A stretch of DNA of 64,000 bases from Verrucomicrobiota bacterium (GCA_016199935.1 JACQFS010000018.1:18785-82784), one strand, 5' to 3'. Counted from the first letter of the stretch, positions 52,405-61,972 are shown. Translations and numbers: made by a program. The notes: generated by a model from the sequence alone, not told the origin.

Positions 52405-53207
52405 GAAAACTTGTGCGCGTTTCCCTCGCAGTGCATAAATTTCGGAACGCATAGTTCACGCCCGACCTCCTGCCCGCCGACATCACCGGCACGCTCATCT
52501 ACAGTCCGCAGGACGGAAAATATCACGCCACCAAGGGCCCCATTTTCGCCAACCTCGTCCTCGCCGACGAAATCAACCGCGCGCCCGCCAAGGTGCAGTC
52601 CGCGTTGCTCGAAGCGATGCAGGAGCGCCAGGTCACGCTCGGTGGCGAGACGATGCTGCTGCCCTCGCCATTCCTCGTGCTCGCGACGGAGAACCCGATT
52701 GACCAGGAAGGCACGTATCCGTTGCCCGAGGCGCAGGTGGACCGGTTCATGTTCAAAATCCTGATTGATTACCCGAGCGAGGCCGAGGAGCGGAAAATTT
52801 TGGACACGATGGCGTTCACATCGGCTTCGACCAAAGTGCAGCCGGTCATCGCGCTGGAGGAGATTTTCAAAACGCGCGAGCTCGTGGACCGCATCCACGT
52901 GGACGACAAGATCCGCGACTACATCGTGCAGGTGGTGTTCGCGACGCGGAACCCGGCGAAATACAAGCTGGAGCTGAAGCACCTCATCCAGTTCGGCGCC
53001 TCGCCGCGCGCGACCATCAACCTCACGCTCGCGGCCAAGGCGTGGGCGTTGCTCGAAGGCCGCGCCTACGTGACGCCGCAGGACATCAAGAGCATCGGCC
53101 CCGACGTGCTCCGCCACCGCATCATCCTCAGCTACGAGGCCGAGGCCGAGGGCGTGACGAGCGAGGACATCATTGCGAAGGTGTTCAACACGGTGCCGGT
53201 GCCGTGA
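52405..53207 (+). pseudogene. moxR: MoxR AAA+ ATPase, 5'-truncated as assembled
   Basis: In-frame FTPDLLPADITG...ADEINRAPAKVQSALLEAMQE preceded by TAG; no Walker A or N-terminus upstream. Confidence 0.8.
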
Positions 53208-53212
53208 GTGAC

Positions 53213-53289
53213 GAGTAAGGAGTAATGCGTAATCGGAATTCAATTGCGGTCGCGCCCTCACTCTTACGGATTACTCCTTACTCCTTACG
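53213..53289. repeat. Heptamer-based intergenic hairpin
   Basis: GAGTAAG GAGTAAT GCGTAAT ... TTACGGA TTACTCC TTACTCC TTACG. Confidence 0.8.
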
Positions 53290-53295
53290 CCGCGC

Positions 53296-54270
53296 ATGAC
53301 CATCAAGGAAATCCTCGCCACCGTCCGCCGCGTCGAGATTCGCACCTTTCGTATGGCGAACGACATGATGGTCGGCGCCTACCTCAGCCGCTTCAAGGGG
53401 CGCGGGATGGACTTCGAGGAGCTGCGCGAATACATCCCCGGCGACGACGTGCGCGACATTGATTGGAACGTCACCAACCGCATGGGCCGGCCCTTCGTGA
53501 AGCGCCACCGGGAGGAGCGCGAACTGGGCATCGTGCTCGCCGTGGACGTCTCGGCCTCGGGCGCGTTCGGCTCGGTGCGCCGGAGCAAACGCGAGTTTGC
53601 CGCCGAGGTCGCCGCCACGCTCGCCTTCTCCGCCGCGCGCAGCAGCGACAAGGTGGGTCTCGCGCTGTTCACCGACCGCGTCGAACTGTTCCTGCCACCG
53701 CGCAAGGGACGCCGGCACATTCTGCGCGTCATCCGCGAGATGCTTTTCTTCGAGCCGCGGTCGCGCGCCACCGAGGTCGGCGCCGCGCTGCGCTTCCTCA
53801 ACGACGCGGTGAAGCGCCGCAGCGTTGTCTTTCTGCTCACGGATTTTGTGCACAGCGGAGTGGAAGTGGAACAGGCGCCCTCGCCTGCAGGTCCTGCGGG
53901 CGAGGGCGCCCGCACCACTAAGATGGCCGGGGGCGGCCGTCCCACTACTCGCGCCCGTGATCTCGTTCAGGAAATCGGACTCACCAACACTCGCCACGAT
54001 CTCGTCTGCCTGCACCTGCACGACCCGCGCGAGGGCGAACTCCCCAACGCCGGCCTGCTGACCATCGAGGACGCCGAGACGGGCGAGCTGCTCGAAGTCG
54101 ATTCGGGCCGTGCCTCCGTGCGCGCCGCGTATGCCGAGACGAACGCGAGTCGCATCGCCGCGCTCGATCGTTCGTTGCAACAGGCGCACGTGGACACCCT
54201 GCGCCTGCGCACCGACGAGCCGTTTGCGCAAACCCTCCAGCGCTTCTTTGAATTGCGCCGTCGCCGGTGA
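53296..54270 (+). CDS. DUF58 family protein
   Basis: GRGMDFEELREYIPGDDVRDIDWNVT, VDVSAS, LTDF. Confidence 0.93.
   Translation: MTIKEILATVRRVEIRTFRMANDMMVGAYLSRFKGRGMDFEELREYIPGDDVRDIDWNVTNRMGRPFVKRHREERELGIVLAVDVSASGAFGSVRRSKREFAAEVAATLAFSAARSSDKVGLALFTDRVELFLPPRKGRRHILRVIREMLFFEPRSRATEVGAALRFLNDAVKRRSVVFLLTDFVHSGVEVEQAPSPAGPAGEGARTTKMAGGGRPTTRARDLVQEIGLTNTRHDLVCLHLHDPREGELPNAGLLTIEDAETGELLEVDSGRASVRAAYAETNASRIAALDRSLQQAHVDTLRLRTDEPFAQTLQRFFELRRRR
53865..53919. repeat. REP-like palindrome in frame inside DUF58
   Basis: IR 53865-53891 / 53893-53919, 23/27; followed by a half-REP-like tract to ~53948. Confidence 0.75.
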
Positions 54271-54920
54271 TGAACGCGGAACGCCCATCCGAAATGGTAG
54301 CCGCCGAGGTAGCAGCCGACGTGAGGAGGCTCACTTTTCTCGGCGGAAAATTTGGAGCCTCCTTACGTCGGCTGCTACCGGTGATCGGACTGGCCGCCGC
54401 CTTTGGCGTGCGTGCGGCGGAGCAAATTCCCGAGCTGCGCCCGCCGGTCGTGGAAATCCCGCCGGACTTTTGGGAACTGCACGGCACGCAAGTCAGCATC
54501 GGCTCCACGCTCGGTGTCGTGGCCGTCGTCGCGCTCGTGCTTTTGTTGCTGCGGAAGAAGCCGCCGGTCGTCACTCCGCCCGCCGTCGCTGCGCGTCGGG
54601 CGCTCGAAGCGTTGCGTGGCCGCCCCGAGACGCTCGCGCTCGCGGGCGAGGTCTCGCAAATCATCCGACACTACGTGCTCGCGAAGCTCGGCCGCGCCGG
54701 CGAGGAGCCGACGACGGAAGAACTGGTGCGGGCCCTTTCAGCCGACGCACGATTCAGTCCGGCGAAGGTGCAGTCGCTCGCCGCGTTCCTCCGCGACTGT
54801 GACGTGCAGAAGTTCGCGCCCGCCACCGCGCCGCAGCCGGATGTGGTCACGCGCGCGTTGGCGCTCGTGGATCAGCTCGAGCAAGCCGCCCAACCGCCGC
54901 TGCTGCCGCCAGCCGCATGA
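54267..54920 (+). CDS. Bat-operon membrane protein (DUF4381-like)
   Basis: Single TM, AARRALEAL, DVQKFA; start overlaps the DUF58 stop. Confidence 0.75.
   Translation: MMNAERPSEMVAAEVAADVRRLTFLGGKFGASLRRLLPVIGLAAAFGVRAAEQIPELRPPVVEIPPDFWELHGTQVSIGSTLGVVAVVALVLLLLRKKPPVVTPPAVAARRALEALRGRPETLALAGEVSQIIRHYVLAKLGRAGEEPTTEELVRALSADARFSPAKVQSLAAFLRDCDVQKFAPATAPQPDVVTRALALVDQLEQAAQPPLLPPAA
54308..54379. repeat. REP-like palindrome in the N-terminal coding region
   Basis: GGTAGCAGCCGACGTGAGGAGGCTC / GAGCCTCCTTACGTCGGCTGCTACC, 24/25. Confidence 0.9.
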
Positions 54921-55957
54921 GCTCCCACTTCGAGTTCCAATATCCGTGGGTGCTCGCGCTGCTGGCGTTGTTGCCGGTGTATGCGTTCCTGTGCGGGCGC
55001 GCGGGGCGTTTCTCCGCGCTGCGTTTTCCAAGTGCCGACCTCGCACGGGCCGCGGGCGCGGTGGCGCGCTCGGCGGCGGGGCGGCTCCTCCTTTTTCTGC
55101 GCCTGCTCGCGGTCGGGTTCGGCATCGTCGCGCTCGCGGGGCCGCGCGTCGCGCACGATCGCACCGAGACGCAGGCCAGCGGCGTGGACATCATGCTCGT
55201 TTTCGATCTTTCGTGGAGTATGGTCGCGCTCGACATGAGCGGACCAAACGAGCGCGTCACCCGTTTCGATCTCGCGCAGGAGGTCATCACCGACTTCGTG
55301 AAGCGCCGCGGCAGCGACCGGCTCGGGCTCGTGGTTTTTTCCGGCGTGCCTTATCTCGCCAGCCCGCTGACGTTGAATCACGACTGGCTTCAGCAAAACA
55401 TCGCGCGCCTCCACATCGGCATCATCCGCGAACTCGGCACGGCCATCGGCGACGCCACCGCCTCGGCCACGCGGCACCTGAAGAAACTCAAGGACAGCAA
55501 GAGCCGCATCATCATCCTGCTCACCGACGGCGACAACAACCGCGGCGACATTGATCCCTTGCCCGCCGCGGAACTCGCCGCGGCGCTGGGCGCGAAAATT
55601 TACACCATCGGCATCGGCAAGGAGGAGGCGTGCGTGATGCCGGCGTTCGATCCCGCGACCGGCAAGCTGCTGCTCGGCCCCAACGGCGAGATCATCCCGG
55701 CCGTGACGCTCCAGCCCGCCAACTACAAAGTGCTCGACCAGATGAGCCGGCTCACGCGCGGCAAGAGCTACCGCGCCGCGAGCCGCCGCGAACTCGCCGG
55801 CATCTACGACGAGATTGACCGGCTGGAGAAGACCGAGGTGAAGCTGCGCCGCTACACGACCTACGCGCCGCTGTTTCAATGGTGGCTGGTGACGGCGTTT
55901 GTGCTCTTCGTTTTGGAAATGATTTTGGTGAACACGCGATACCGGAGGGCGCCGTGA
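54917..55957 (+). CDS. batA: vWA domain protein, BatA-like
   Basis: DLSWS MIDAS-like motif, DRLGLVVF, GTAIGDA, LLTDGDNN. Confidence 0.85.
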   Translation: MSSHFEFQYPWVLALLALLPVYAFLCGRAGRFSALRFPSADLARAAGAVARSAAGRLLLFLRLLAVGFGIVALAGPRVAHDRTETQASGVDIMLVFDLSWSMVALDMSGPNERVTRFDLAQEVITDFVKRRGSDRLGLVVFSGVPYLASPLTLNHDWLQQNIARLHIGIIRELGTAIGDATASATRHLKKLKDSKSRIIILLTDGDNNRGDIDPLPAAELAAALGAKIYTIGIGKEEACVMPAFDPATGKLLLGPNGEIIPAVTLQPANYKVLDQMSRLTRGKSYRAASRRELAGIYDEIDRLEKTEVKLRRYTTYAPLFQWWLVTAFVLFVLEMILVNTRYRRAP

Positions 55958-55984
55958 CACAATAAATCGGCATCTGAATTCGTT

Positions 55985-56263
55985 ATGATAATTTTCGTTT
56001 GGATTCTGCAAACCAAGTGGCCAGCGATCGCAGCTTTTCTTGTGACTTTTGCCCTTCGGACATGGTTGAAATGGCCTCAAGGCCGAGTGGCTGCTTTGAT
56101 GTTCGTTTGCTCGATGGCCGTGTTGTTTGTTTACAGTGTGCGCACCGAGCCATCCAGTTTTTGGGGGCCTCCGGGCTGGTTGTTTGGAGGAATCGCCGCA
56201 TCGACAATGATGATCACGACGGCGGTTGCACTGTTGCTGACGATCAAGACGAAAGCTTCCTGA
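55985..56263 (+). CDS. Small AT-richer multi-TM hypothetical protein
   Basis: 92 aa, three hydrophobic segments, between batA and batB. Confidence 0.55.
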   Translation: MIIFVWILQTKWPAIAAFLVTFALRTWLKWPQGRVAALMFVCSMAVLFVYSVRTEPSSFWGPPGWLFGGIAASTMMITTAVALLLTIKTKAS

Positions 56264-56269
56264 TAGCCG

Positions 56270-57307
56270 ATGAACTTTGCCAACCCCCATTTCGCCGAGC
56301 CCGCGTGGCTCTGGCTCGTTTTGCTGGGATTGGTGCTGCTCGTGTTGCTGCACCGCTACGCGGCGCACGCGCGGCAGAAGCAGCTCGCGAAATTCGCGCT
56401 GCCCGGTCTGCTCGCGAGCCTGCTGAGTTCGCACAGCCCGTTGCGCCGCGCGGTGAAGCACTTGCTGCTCGTGCTGGCCGTCGTGCTCATGGGCCTCGCG
56501 CTCGCGCGTCCGCAATGGGGCGAACAGGCCGAGGTCACGCAGGCGCTCGGCGAGGACGTGATCTTCATCCTCGATTGCTCGCGCAGCATGATGGCCGAGG
56601 ACGTGCGCCCGACGCGGCTCGCGCGCGCGCAACTCGCCATTCAGGACTTCGTCCAGCGTCACGGCCGCGGGCGCGTGGGGCTCGTCGCGTTCGCGGGCCA
56701 GGCGTTTCTGCAATGCCCGCTCACCTTCGACTACGACGCGTTCCGCGATTCAATGCTGGCCGTGGACGCGGACTCGATTCCCGTCCCCGGCACGGACATC
56801 GCGCGCGCGCTCGACGAATCTTTTCTCGCGATGGAAAAAGATCACCGCCGCAAATTCATGGTGCTCGTCACCGACGGCGAGGATTTGGAAAAGGGCGGCG
56901 TGGCGAAGGCGCAGTCGCTCGCGGAAAAGGGCGTGCGCCTCTACACCGTCGGCGTCGGCACGGCGGGCGGCAGCCTGATCCAGGTGCCGGATGGGCGCGG
57001 CGGCGTGCAGCCGTTGCGCGACGAACGCGGGCAGGTGGTGGAGAGCCGGCTCGACGAGGTGACGCTCCGCGCGCTGGCCGCGGCGACGGGCGGCGATTAC
57101 CAACCGCTCGGCGCGCTCGGCGAGGGCATGGGTGAAGTCCGCCGCGCGCTCGCCAACGCCACGGACGCGCCCGGCGCGTCGCTCGCGCACAAGTTCGGGG
57201 TGGATCGCTTCCACGTGTTCGTCGCGGCGGTGCTCGCGCTGCTGGTGGCGGAAAGTTTGATTGGCACGCGGCGGCGCGTGGTCGAAGGTGAGGCGGTGAA
57301 GCCATGA
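56270..57307 (+). CDS. batB: vWA domain protein, BatB-like
   Basis: LDCSRSM, VGLVAFAG, GTDIARAL, LVTDGED. Confidence 0.85.
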   Translation: MNFANPHFAEPAWLWLVLLGLVLLVLLHRYAAHARQKQLAKFALPGLLASLLSSHSPLRRAVKHLLLVLAVVLMGLALARPQWGEQAEVTQALGEDVIFILDCSRSMMAEDVRPTRLARAQLAIQDFVQRHGRGRVGLVAFAGQAFLQCPLTFDYDAFRDSMLAVDADSIPVPGTDIARALDESFLAMEKDHRRKFMVLVTDGEDLEKGGVAKAQSLAEKGVRLYTVGVGTAGGSLIQVPDGRGGVQPLRDERGQVVESRLDEVTLRALAAATGGDYQPLGALGEGMGEVRRALANATDAPGASLAHKFGVDRFHVFVAAVLALLVAESLIGTRRRVVEGEAVKP

Positions 57308-58332
57308 AATCCGAAATCCGAAATCCGAAATCCGAAACAAATCCGAAGCCCGAATTGCAAATGTCGGAAACGGGGCCGCGGAATTTTGGACCTTCGCACT
57401 TTCGCCTTTGGATTTGTTTCGGATTTCGGATTTCGAGGTTCGGGTTTTTCCTCGCTCTGTTGCTGCCGCTGCTTTCCGCCTTCGCCAACGAACCCGCGCC
57501 TAAATCCGCCCGCGAACTTTTCAACGACGGCACCGCCCGGCTGCGCGACGGCAAGTTGCGCGAGGCCGAGGGCGCGTTGCAGGCTGCCGTCAACAGCCAG
57601 CGCGAGGAACTCCAGCCGCCCGCGCTCTACAACCTCGGCCACGTCCGCTTCCAGCAGGGCGCGGCGGTGCTCAAGGAAAGCGCCAGTCCCGGCGCGACGC
57701 GCGCGCGCGGCGAGGGCGCGACGGCCATCGGCGATGGTGCGCTGCGCGCCGCGGACGCCGCGCTCGCCGGCAATGAGTTCGAGGCGATTCTCTCGGCCTA
57801 CCTTCAGGGTCGCGGCGCGCGGCGCGAGTTGAAGGGCGCGACCGAGGCGGTGAAGAAGGCAATGGATGCTTACGGCGCGGTGCTCAACCGCTGGCGGCGC
57901 GCGTCGGGTGATTTCAAAAGCGCCGAGGAGCTTCAACCGAAAAATGCCGACGCGAAGTTCAACGCGAACGTGGTGGACCAGAACATCGCGCAGCTCGTGG
58001 ACCAGGTAAACCAGATGCAGCAGCAGCAGCAGCAGATGGGCGGTCAGCGCGACGAGTTGAAAAAGAAAATGCAGGAGCTCAAGGGCAAGATGCCCGGCCA
58101 GCAGCAGCCGCCCGGCATGGGCGACGACGAGGACGACGACGAGGACGATGGAAAGAAGCAGCCGCAGCAAGGCGACAAGGAAGGCCCGAACCGCGACGGC
58201 AAGGAGCAGCAGATTTCGCCCGAGGACGCGATGCGCCTGCTGGAGACGATGCGGCTCGACGGCAACCGCAAGCTGCCCCTGACCGAAGGCAAGGCGGGCG
58301 ACCCGAAGTCGAAGACGGGGAAGACGTGGTGA
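57304..58332 (+). CDS. TPR protein with Gln-rich/acidic tail, BatC-like
   Basis: ALYNLGH, DAKFN, polyQ and acidic tail, ends KTW. Confidence 0.78.
   Translation: MKSEIRNPKSETNPKPELQMSETGPRNFGPSHFRLWICFGFRISRFGFFLALLLPLLSAFANEPAPKSARELFNDGTARLRDGKLREAEGALQAAVNSQREELQPPALYNLGHVRFQQGAAVLKESASPGATRARGEGATAIGDGALRAADAALAGNEFEAILSAYLQGRGARRELKGATEAVKKAMDAYGAVLNRWRRASGDFKSAEELQPKNADAKFNANVVDQNIAQLVDQVNQMQQQQQQMGGQRDELKKKMQELKGKMPGQQQPPGMGDDEDDDEDDGKKQPQQGDKEGPNRDGKEQQISPEDAMRLLETMRLDGNRKLPLTEGKAGDPKSKTGKTW
57306..57434. repeat. Heptamer (GAAATCC)n inverted element in the N-terminal coding region
   Basis: GAAATCC x4; 57320-57344 is the perfect reverse complement of 57410-57434 (25 bp). Confidence 0.9.
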
Positions 58333-60497
58333 GGGGGATGAAGCGACATGACCAATCGCAAGTCCCGCAGGGACGTTTGAAAATAGCCCGGCACTTCAGT
58401 GCCGGGATCGCGAACGAAGAAGCGCCGAGTCCCGAAGGGACGGATGAAAACCGATTCGATGGATTTGTTTCAGCCGTCCCTTCGGGACTTGCTTCCTTCT
58501 TTCGCTCCAACCCGGCACTAAAGTGCCGGGCTATATTCCGCGGTCCCTTCGGGACCAAGCCACGGTTCAGCAACCGTCGCGGCGTTCTCCTCTTAGCCGT
58601 TCTCCTCGCTTCGCTTGGCTCCGCGTTTGCGCAGAATCCACCGCCGCCTTCGCCCAACCAAATCCAGGTCCAAGGCGGCTCGGTCACGATCCAGGGCGGC
58701 ACCGTCACGTTGCAGGGCGGGCCGATGATCATCCGCGGCGGGGTCATTCAGTCCGGCACCAACGCGGCGCCCATTGATCCGCTCATCAACCTCATGATGT
58801 CGCAGCCGCAGGTCGAAACGAATCAGGTCTTCGTCGTCGCCGAGTTCGATCCGCCCGCGGTGCCGGCCGGCGCGCGCGCGACCTACCGGCTCATCGTCAC
58901 GGCGCTCAGCGAAACGATTGTGCTGCCGGAAAAATTGCCCGCGCCCGCCGGGCTGCGCATCGAGGAGGGTGGCAAGGCGCAGGCGTTGCAAAATCTCGGC
59001 TCCATCATTCAGGCGCGCTCGACCTACAACTTCCGCGCGTATCCCGCCGCGCCCGGCGGCGTGGTGATGCCCGCGTTCGCGATCAAGGTCGCGGGCAAAT
59101 CCGTGACCGTGCCCGAGGCGCGGCTCACGGTGCTCGCGCCGAGCGCGGTGCTCGTGCCCGCGCCGGCGCGGCTCTCGCTCGAAATTCCGACGAACGACAT
59201 TTACATCGGCCAGGCTGTGGCCGCGCGGCTCCTCATTTCCGATCCGGGCGACAACTCCGTGCTCGCGATGACGCAGGCGCACGTGGTCGGCGACGGGTTG
59301 CTCGCGGAGGGCGGCTTCGCGCGCATGATGCGCCAGGCCGTGATGCGCGACGGCCGGCCGCAACTTTCCATCATGAGCGAAGTGCTCGCCACGCCGATGC
59401 GCGAGGGAAAGCTCACCGTCTTCGGCCAGGCGAGCGTCATCCTCAACCGCGGCACCGACGTGCGCTACCCGACGATGCCCGGCTACTATCCGCTGATGGA
59501 CACCGAGCCGGTGACGATGCACGTTCGCCGCGTGCCGGACGAGGGCGCGCGCGCGGGGTTCACCGGCGCGATCGGAAATTTCCAGCTCGATCCGCCGCAG
59601 CTCTCGCTCAAGGAAGTGCGCGCCGGAGATCCCGTGCTGATGCAGGTCGTGGTGCGCGGCGAGGGAAACTTCGGACGCTTCACGCCGCCCCGGCCGCCGG
59701 CCGATCCGGACTGGCAGATTTTTCCGCCGAGCACCGAGGCCAACTCCGGCAATCAAATGCAGCACCAGGGCTACGCGGCGTTTGTTTATACGCTCATCCC
59801 GTTGAGCGACCGCGTGCGCGCGACGCCGGCGATGGCGTTCAGCGCGTTTGATCCGGAGAAAAAAAAGCACGTGGACCTGACCATCCCACCGGTCGCGTTG
59901 AAGGTGACGCCCGCGCCCGGCGGCGTGCGCGCACCGCGCGCCGCGGACGCCGCGGACGCGGTGGACGCGGACGCGAATGAACCGACGCTCGCGCTGGCCG
60001 GGCTGATGGAGAATCGCGGTGCGACCGTCGCGAGCCTCGTGCCGCTGCAACAGCGCGGCGGCTTTCTCGCGGCGCAACTGGTGCCCGCGGCGCTGCTCGG
60101 CGGCCTGTGGTGGCGGGATCGGCGTCGGCGCTTTCACGCGGCGCATCCCGAGTTTTTGCTGAAACGCCGCGCGCGTCGCGCGCTCGCGCGGCAGCGGCGT
60201 CGCGCACGCCGTGCGGTGGCGACGAGTGATGCGGGCGCATTCGTCACCGCGGCGGTGAACGCGTTGCGCGCCGCCGCCGCGCCGCACACCGCCGCGAATC
60301 CCGACGCGCTCGTCTGCCGCGACGTGCTGCGCGAACTGCCCGCCGGCTCGAACGGTGCGGACTCCGGACTGGTCCGCAAAATTTTCAGCGCCGCCGACGC
60401 CGCGAACTTCACCCAGCGAATCGAAAACGAGTCCGCCCTGCTGACGCTCGGCGCGGACTTCGAGCGCGTGGCGGGAAAACTGGAGGGACGCCTGTGA
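58326..60497 (+). CDS. batD: BatD-like protein
   Basis: Signal peptide after a long N-terminal extension, Ig-like segments, FTGAIGNF, C-terminal TM. Confidence 0.8.
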   Translation: MVRGMKRHDQSQVPQGRLKIARHFSAGIANEEAPSPEGTDENRFDGFVSAVPSGLASFFRSNPALKCRAIFRGPFGTKPRFSNRRGVLLLAVLLASLGSAFAQNPPPPSPNQIQVQGGSVTIQGGTVTLQGGPMIIRGGVIQSGTNAAPIDPLINLMMSQPQVETNQVFVVAEFDPPAVPAGARATYRLIVTALSETIVLPEKLPAPAGLRIEEGGKAQALQNLGSIIQARSTYNFRAYPAAPGGVVMPAFAIKVAGKSVTVPEARLTVLAPSAVLVPAPARLSLEIPTNDIYIGQAVAARLLISDPGDNSVLAMTQAHVVGDGLLAEGGFARMMRQAVMRDGRPQLSIMSEVLATPMREGKLTVFGQASVILNRGTDVRYPTMPGYYPLMDTEPVTMHVRRVPDEGARAGFTGAIGNFQLDPPQLSLKEVRAGDPVLMQVVVRGEGNFGRFTPPRPPADPDWQIFPPSTEANSGNQMQHQGYAAFVYTLIPLSDRVRATPAMAFSAFDPEKKKHVDLTIPPVALKVTPAPGGVRAPRAADAADAVDADANEPTLALAGLMENRGATVASLVPLQQRGGFLAAQLVPAALLGGLWWRDRRRRFHAAHPEFLLKRRARRALARQRRRARRAVATSDAGAFVTAAVNALRAAAAPHTAANPDALVCRDVLRELPAGSNGADSGLVRKIFSAADAANFTQRIENESALLTLGADFERVAGKLEGRL
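58361..58555. repeat. 195-bp composite palindrome in the N-terminal coding region
   Basis: Inner perfect 16-bp IR 58428-58443 / 58474-58489; IR 58379-58406 / 58511-58538 (26/28); GTCCC-N-GGGAC ends. Confidence 0.9.
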
Positions 60498-61447
60498 AGA
60501 TGTTCCGTTTCGATCTCGCCTCCTCGTTGTCCGCCGGCTTTGGTCTTGTCTCACCTCTCACCCCGGCCCTCTCCCCGTTGAGGGGAGAGGGAGAAGCGGC
60601 CGGCAAATCGGTGGGCACGGATTTGTTCGAGGACCACCGTGCGCGTGGCGCGCTTCCCTCTCCCCTCAACGGGGAGAGGGCCAGGGAGCGGGGTGAGGCT
60701 GGACTGTGGTATAGGAAGGGCATTTTCGCGGGTGGCCTTTTGTTGTTCCTCTTTCTCGGTGCGCAACTGCGCGTCGTTGCCGACGATTCCTTTCGCGAAG
60801 GGGCGGCCGCCTACGCTGCGGCGGACTACGCGCGGGCGGCGGGGAAATTTCGCGAGGCGGCGAGCAACGCGCCGAGCTCCGCCACGTTTCACAACCTCGG
60901 CAATGCCGAGTGGAAGAACGGCCGCACCGGCGCGGCGGTGCTCGCGTGGGAGCGCGCGCAATGGCTCGACCCGTTCACCACTAACGCGACCGCGAGCCTC
61001 CGCTTCGCGCGGCACACGGCGCAGCTTGAATCGCCGCGGCTCGCGTGGCACGAGGGCGCCTCGACGTGGCTGCCGGTCAACGCGTGGCCGCTGCTCGCGA
61101 GCCTGAGCGCGTGGCTCGCGGTCGCCGCGCTGATGCTCCCGCCGATTTTCCGGGCGCGCCGGCGTGACTGGCATCAGGCGCTGGCGGCGGCGAGCTTCGC
61201 GGTGTTCCTCGCCACGCTGCCGGCGCTCGCGGGCGTCCACGCGCGCGCAAAGTTCGGCGTGGTGCTCGCCACGAAGACGCCGCTGCGGCTCACGCCCACG
61301 CGCGAGGGGCAGGTCATCACCTCGCTGCCCGCCGGCGAGACGGCGCGCCTCGAGCGCGAGCGTGGTGGCTACGTGTTCATCCGCGCCGGCAACGACGCGG
61401 CGGGCTGGGTGGAACGGGAGCGGTTCGGGATGATCTGCGGCCGGTAG
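60494..61447 (+). CDS. batE: TPR + TM + SH3 protein, BatE-like
   Basis: FHNLGNAEWK, two TM helices, AGWV SH3-like end. Confidence 0.8.
   Translation: MKMFRFDLASSLSAGFGLVSPLTPALSPLRGEGEAAGKSVGTDLFEDHRARGALPSPLNGERARERGEAGLWYRKGIFAGGLLLFLFLGAQLRVVADDSFREGAAAYAAADYARAAGKFREAASNAPSSATFHNLGNAEWKNGRTGAAVLAWERAQWLDPFTTNATASLRFARHTAQLESPRLAWHEGASTWLPVNAWPLLASLSAWLAVAALMLPPIFRARRRDWHQALAAASFAVFLATLPALAGVHARAKFGVVLATKTPLRLTPTREGQVITSLPAGETARLERERGGYVFIRAGNDAAGWVERERFGMICGR
60551..60696. repeat. REP-like palindrome in the N-terminal coding region
   Basis: 42-nt arms; GGCCCTCTCCCCGTTGAGGGGAGAGGGA (28 bp) is perfectly inverted. Confidence 0.9.
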
Positions 61448-61526
61448 GGCGCGGTGTCCTCACCGCGCCGCGGGCGATCCGAGCGCGACAGGTTTTCGCG
61501 GCGCGCTGAGGACAGTGCGCCCTACC
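61443..61526. repeat. REP-like palindrome overlapping the batE stop
   Basis: IR 61443-61472 / 61497-61526, 27/30; right arm repeated directly at 62028-62061. Confidence 0.88.
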
Positions 61527-61555
61527 GCAAATGGTTTGTGCGAACCGAAAGCCGA

Positions 61556-61584
61556 TGGACACGTGTGGCTGCCATGCCTAGTCT
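61556..61584 (+). promoter_or_regulatory. Sigma70-like promoter TGGACA-N17-TAGTCT
   Basis: Upstream of the 61643 cargo gene. Confidence 0.55.
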
Positions 61585-61642
61585 GCGAACGTCAATAATG
61601 GATTGGGCGGTGATTTTGCTGCCGACTAAAATGCTAGGCTTC

Positions 61643-61972
61643 ATGAAGCGTGCGCAGAAATTCCTCATCGCTCTGTTGGCGCTTGTGATTCTACTCGCGC
61701 TCTTCGGACGGCCGCCATCAGCGTGGAAGCGGGTGCGCGTTGGCATGACATGGGAGGAGACAAACGCCATCATCAATCAGAGGGGTGTGATCACCGAGTC
61801 ACGCGTGGTAGCGTCAACCGACGGGCAGGAGCACACCGCCCGCACCTTTTTTTGTTACAAGGAGTTCATCGTCTTCCCGCTGTGGGTTTTCCGCGTTGAT
61901 CTGTTGGACACACGCGTTGCGAGCACACGGATCGGACTAAGGGTTGGGGACATTGAGAAGATTTCGCCATGA
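61643..61972 (+). CDS. Small membrane-anchored protein, SmpA/BamE-like motif
   Basis: MKRAQKFLIALLALVILLALFG anchor; VRVGMTWEE; AT-richer; start uncertain. Confidence 0.65.
   Translation: MKRAQKFLIALLALVILLALFGRPPSAWKRVRVGMTWEETNAIINQRGVITESRVVASTDGQEHTARTFFCYKEFIVFPLWVFRVDLLDTRVASTRIGLRVGDIEKISP

Noticed and set aside
52455-52460. Programmed readthrough of the TAG before FTPD in moxR
   Set aside because: The upstream frame does not encode a MoxR N-terminus, so readthrough would not restore the protein.
58013-58147. CAG and GAC triplet runs as contingency loci
   Set aside because: In-frame polyQ and acidic linkers are ordinary in BatC-like proteins and cannot shift the frame.
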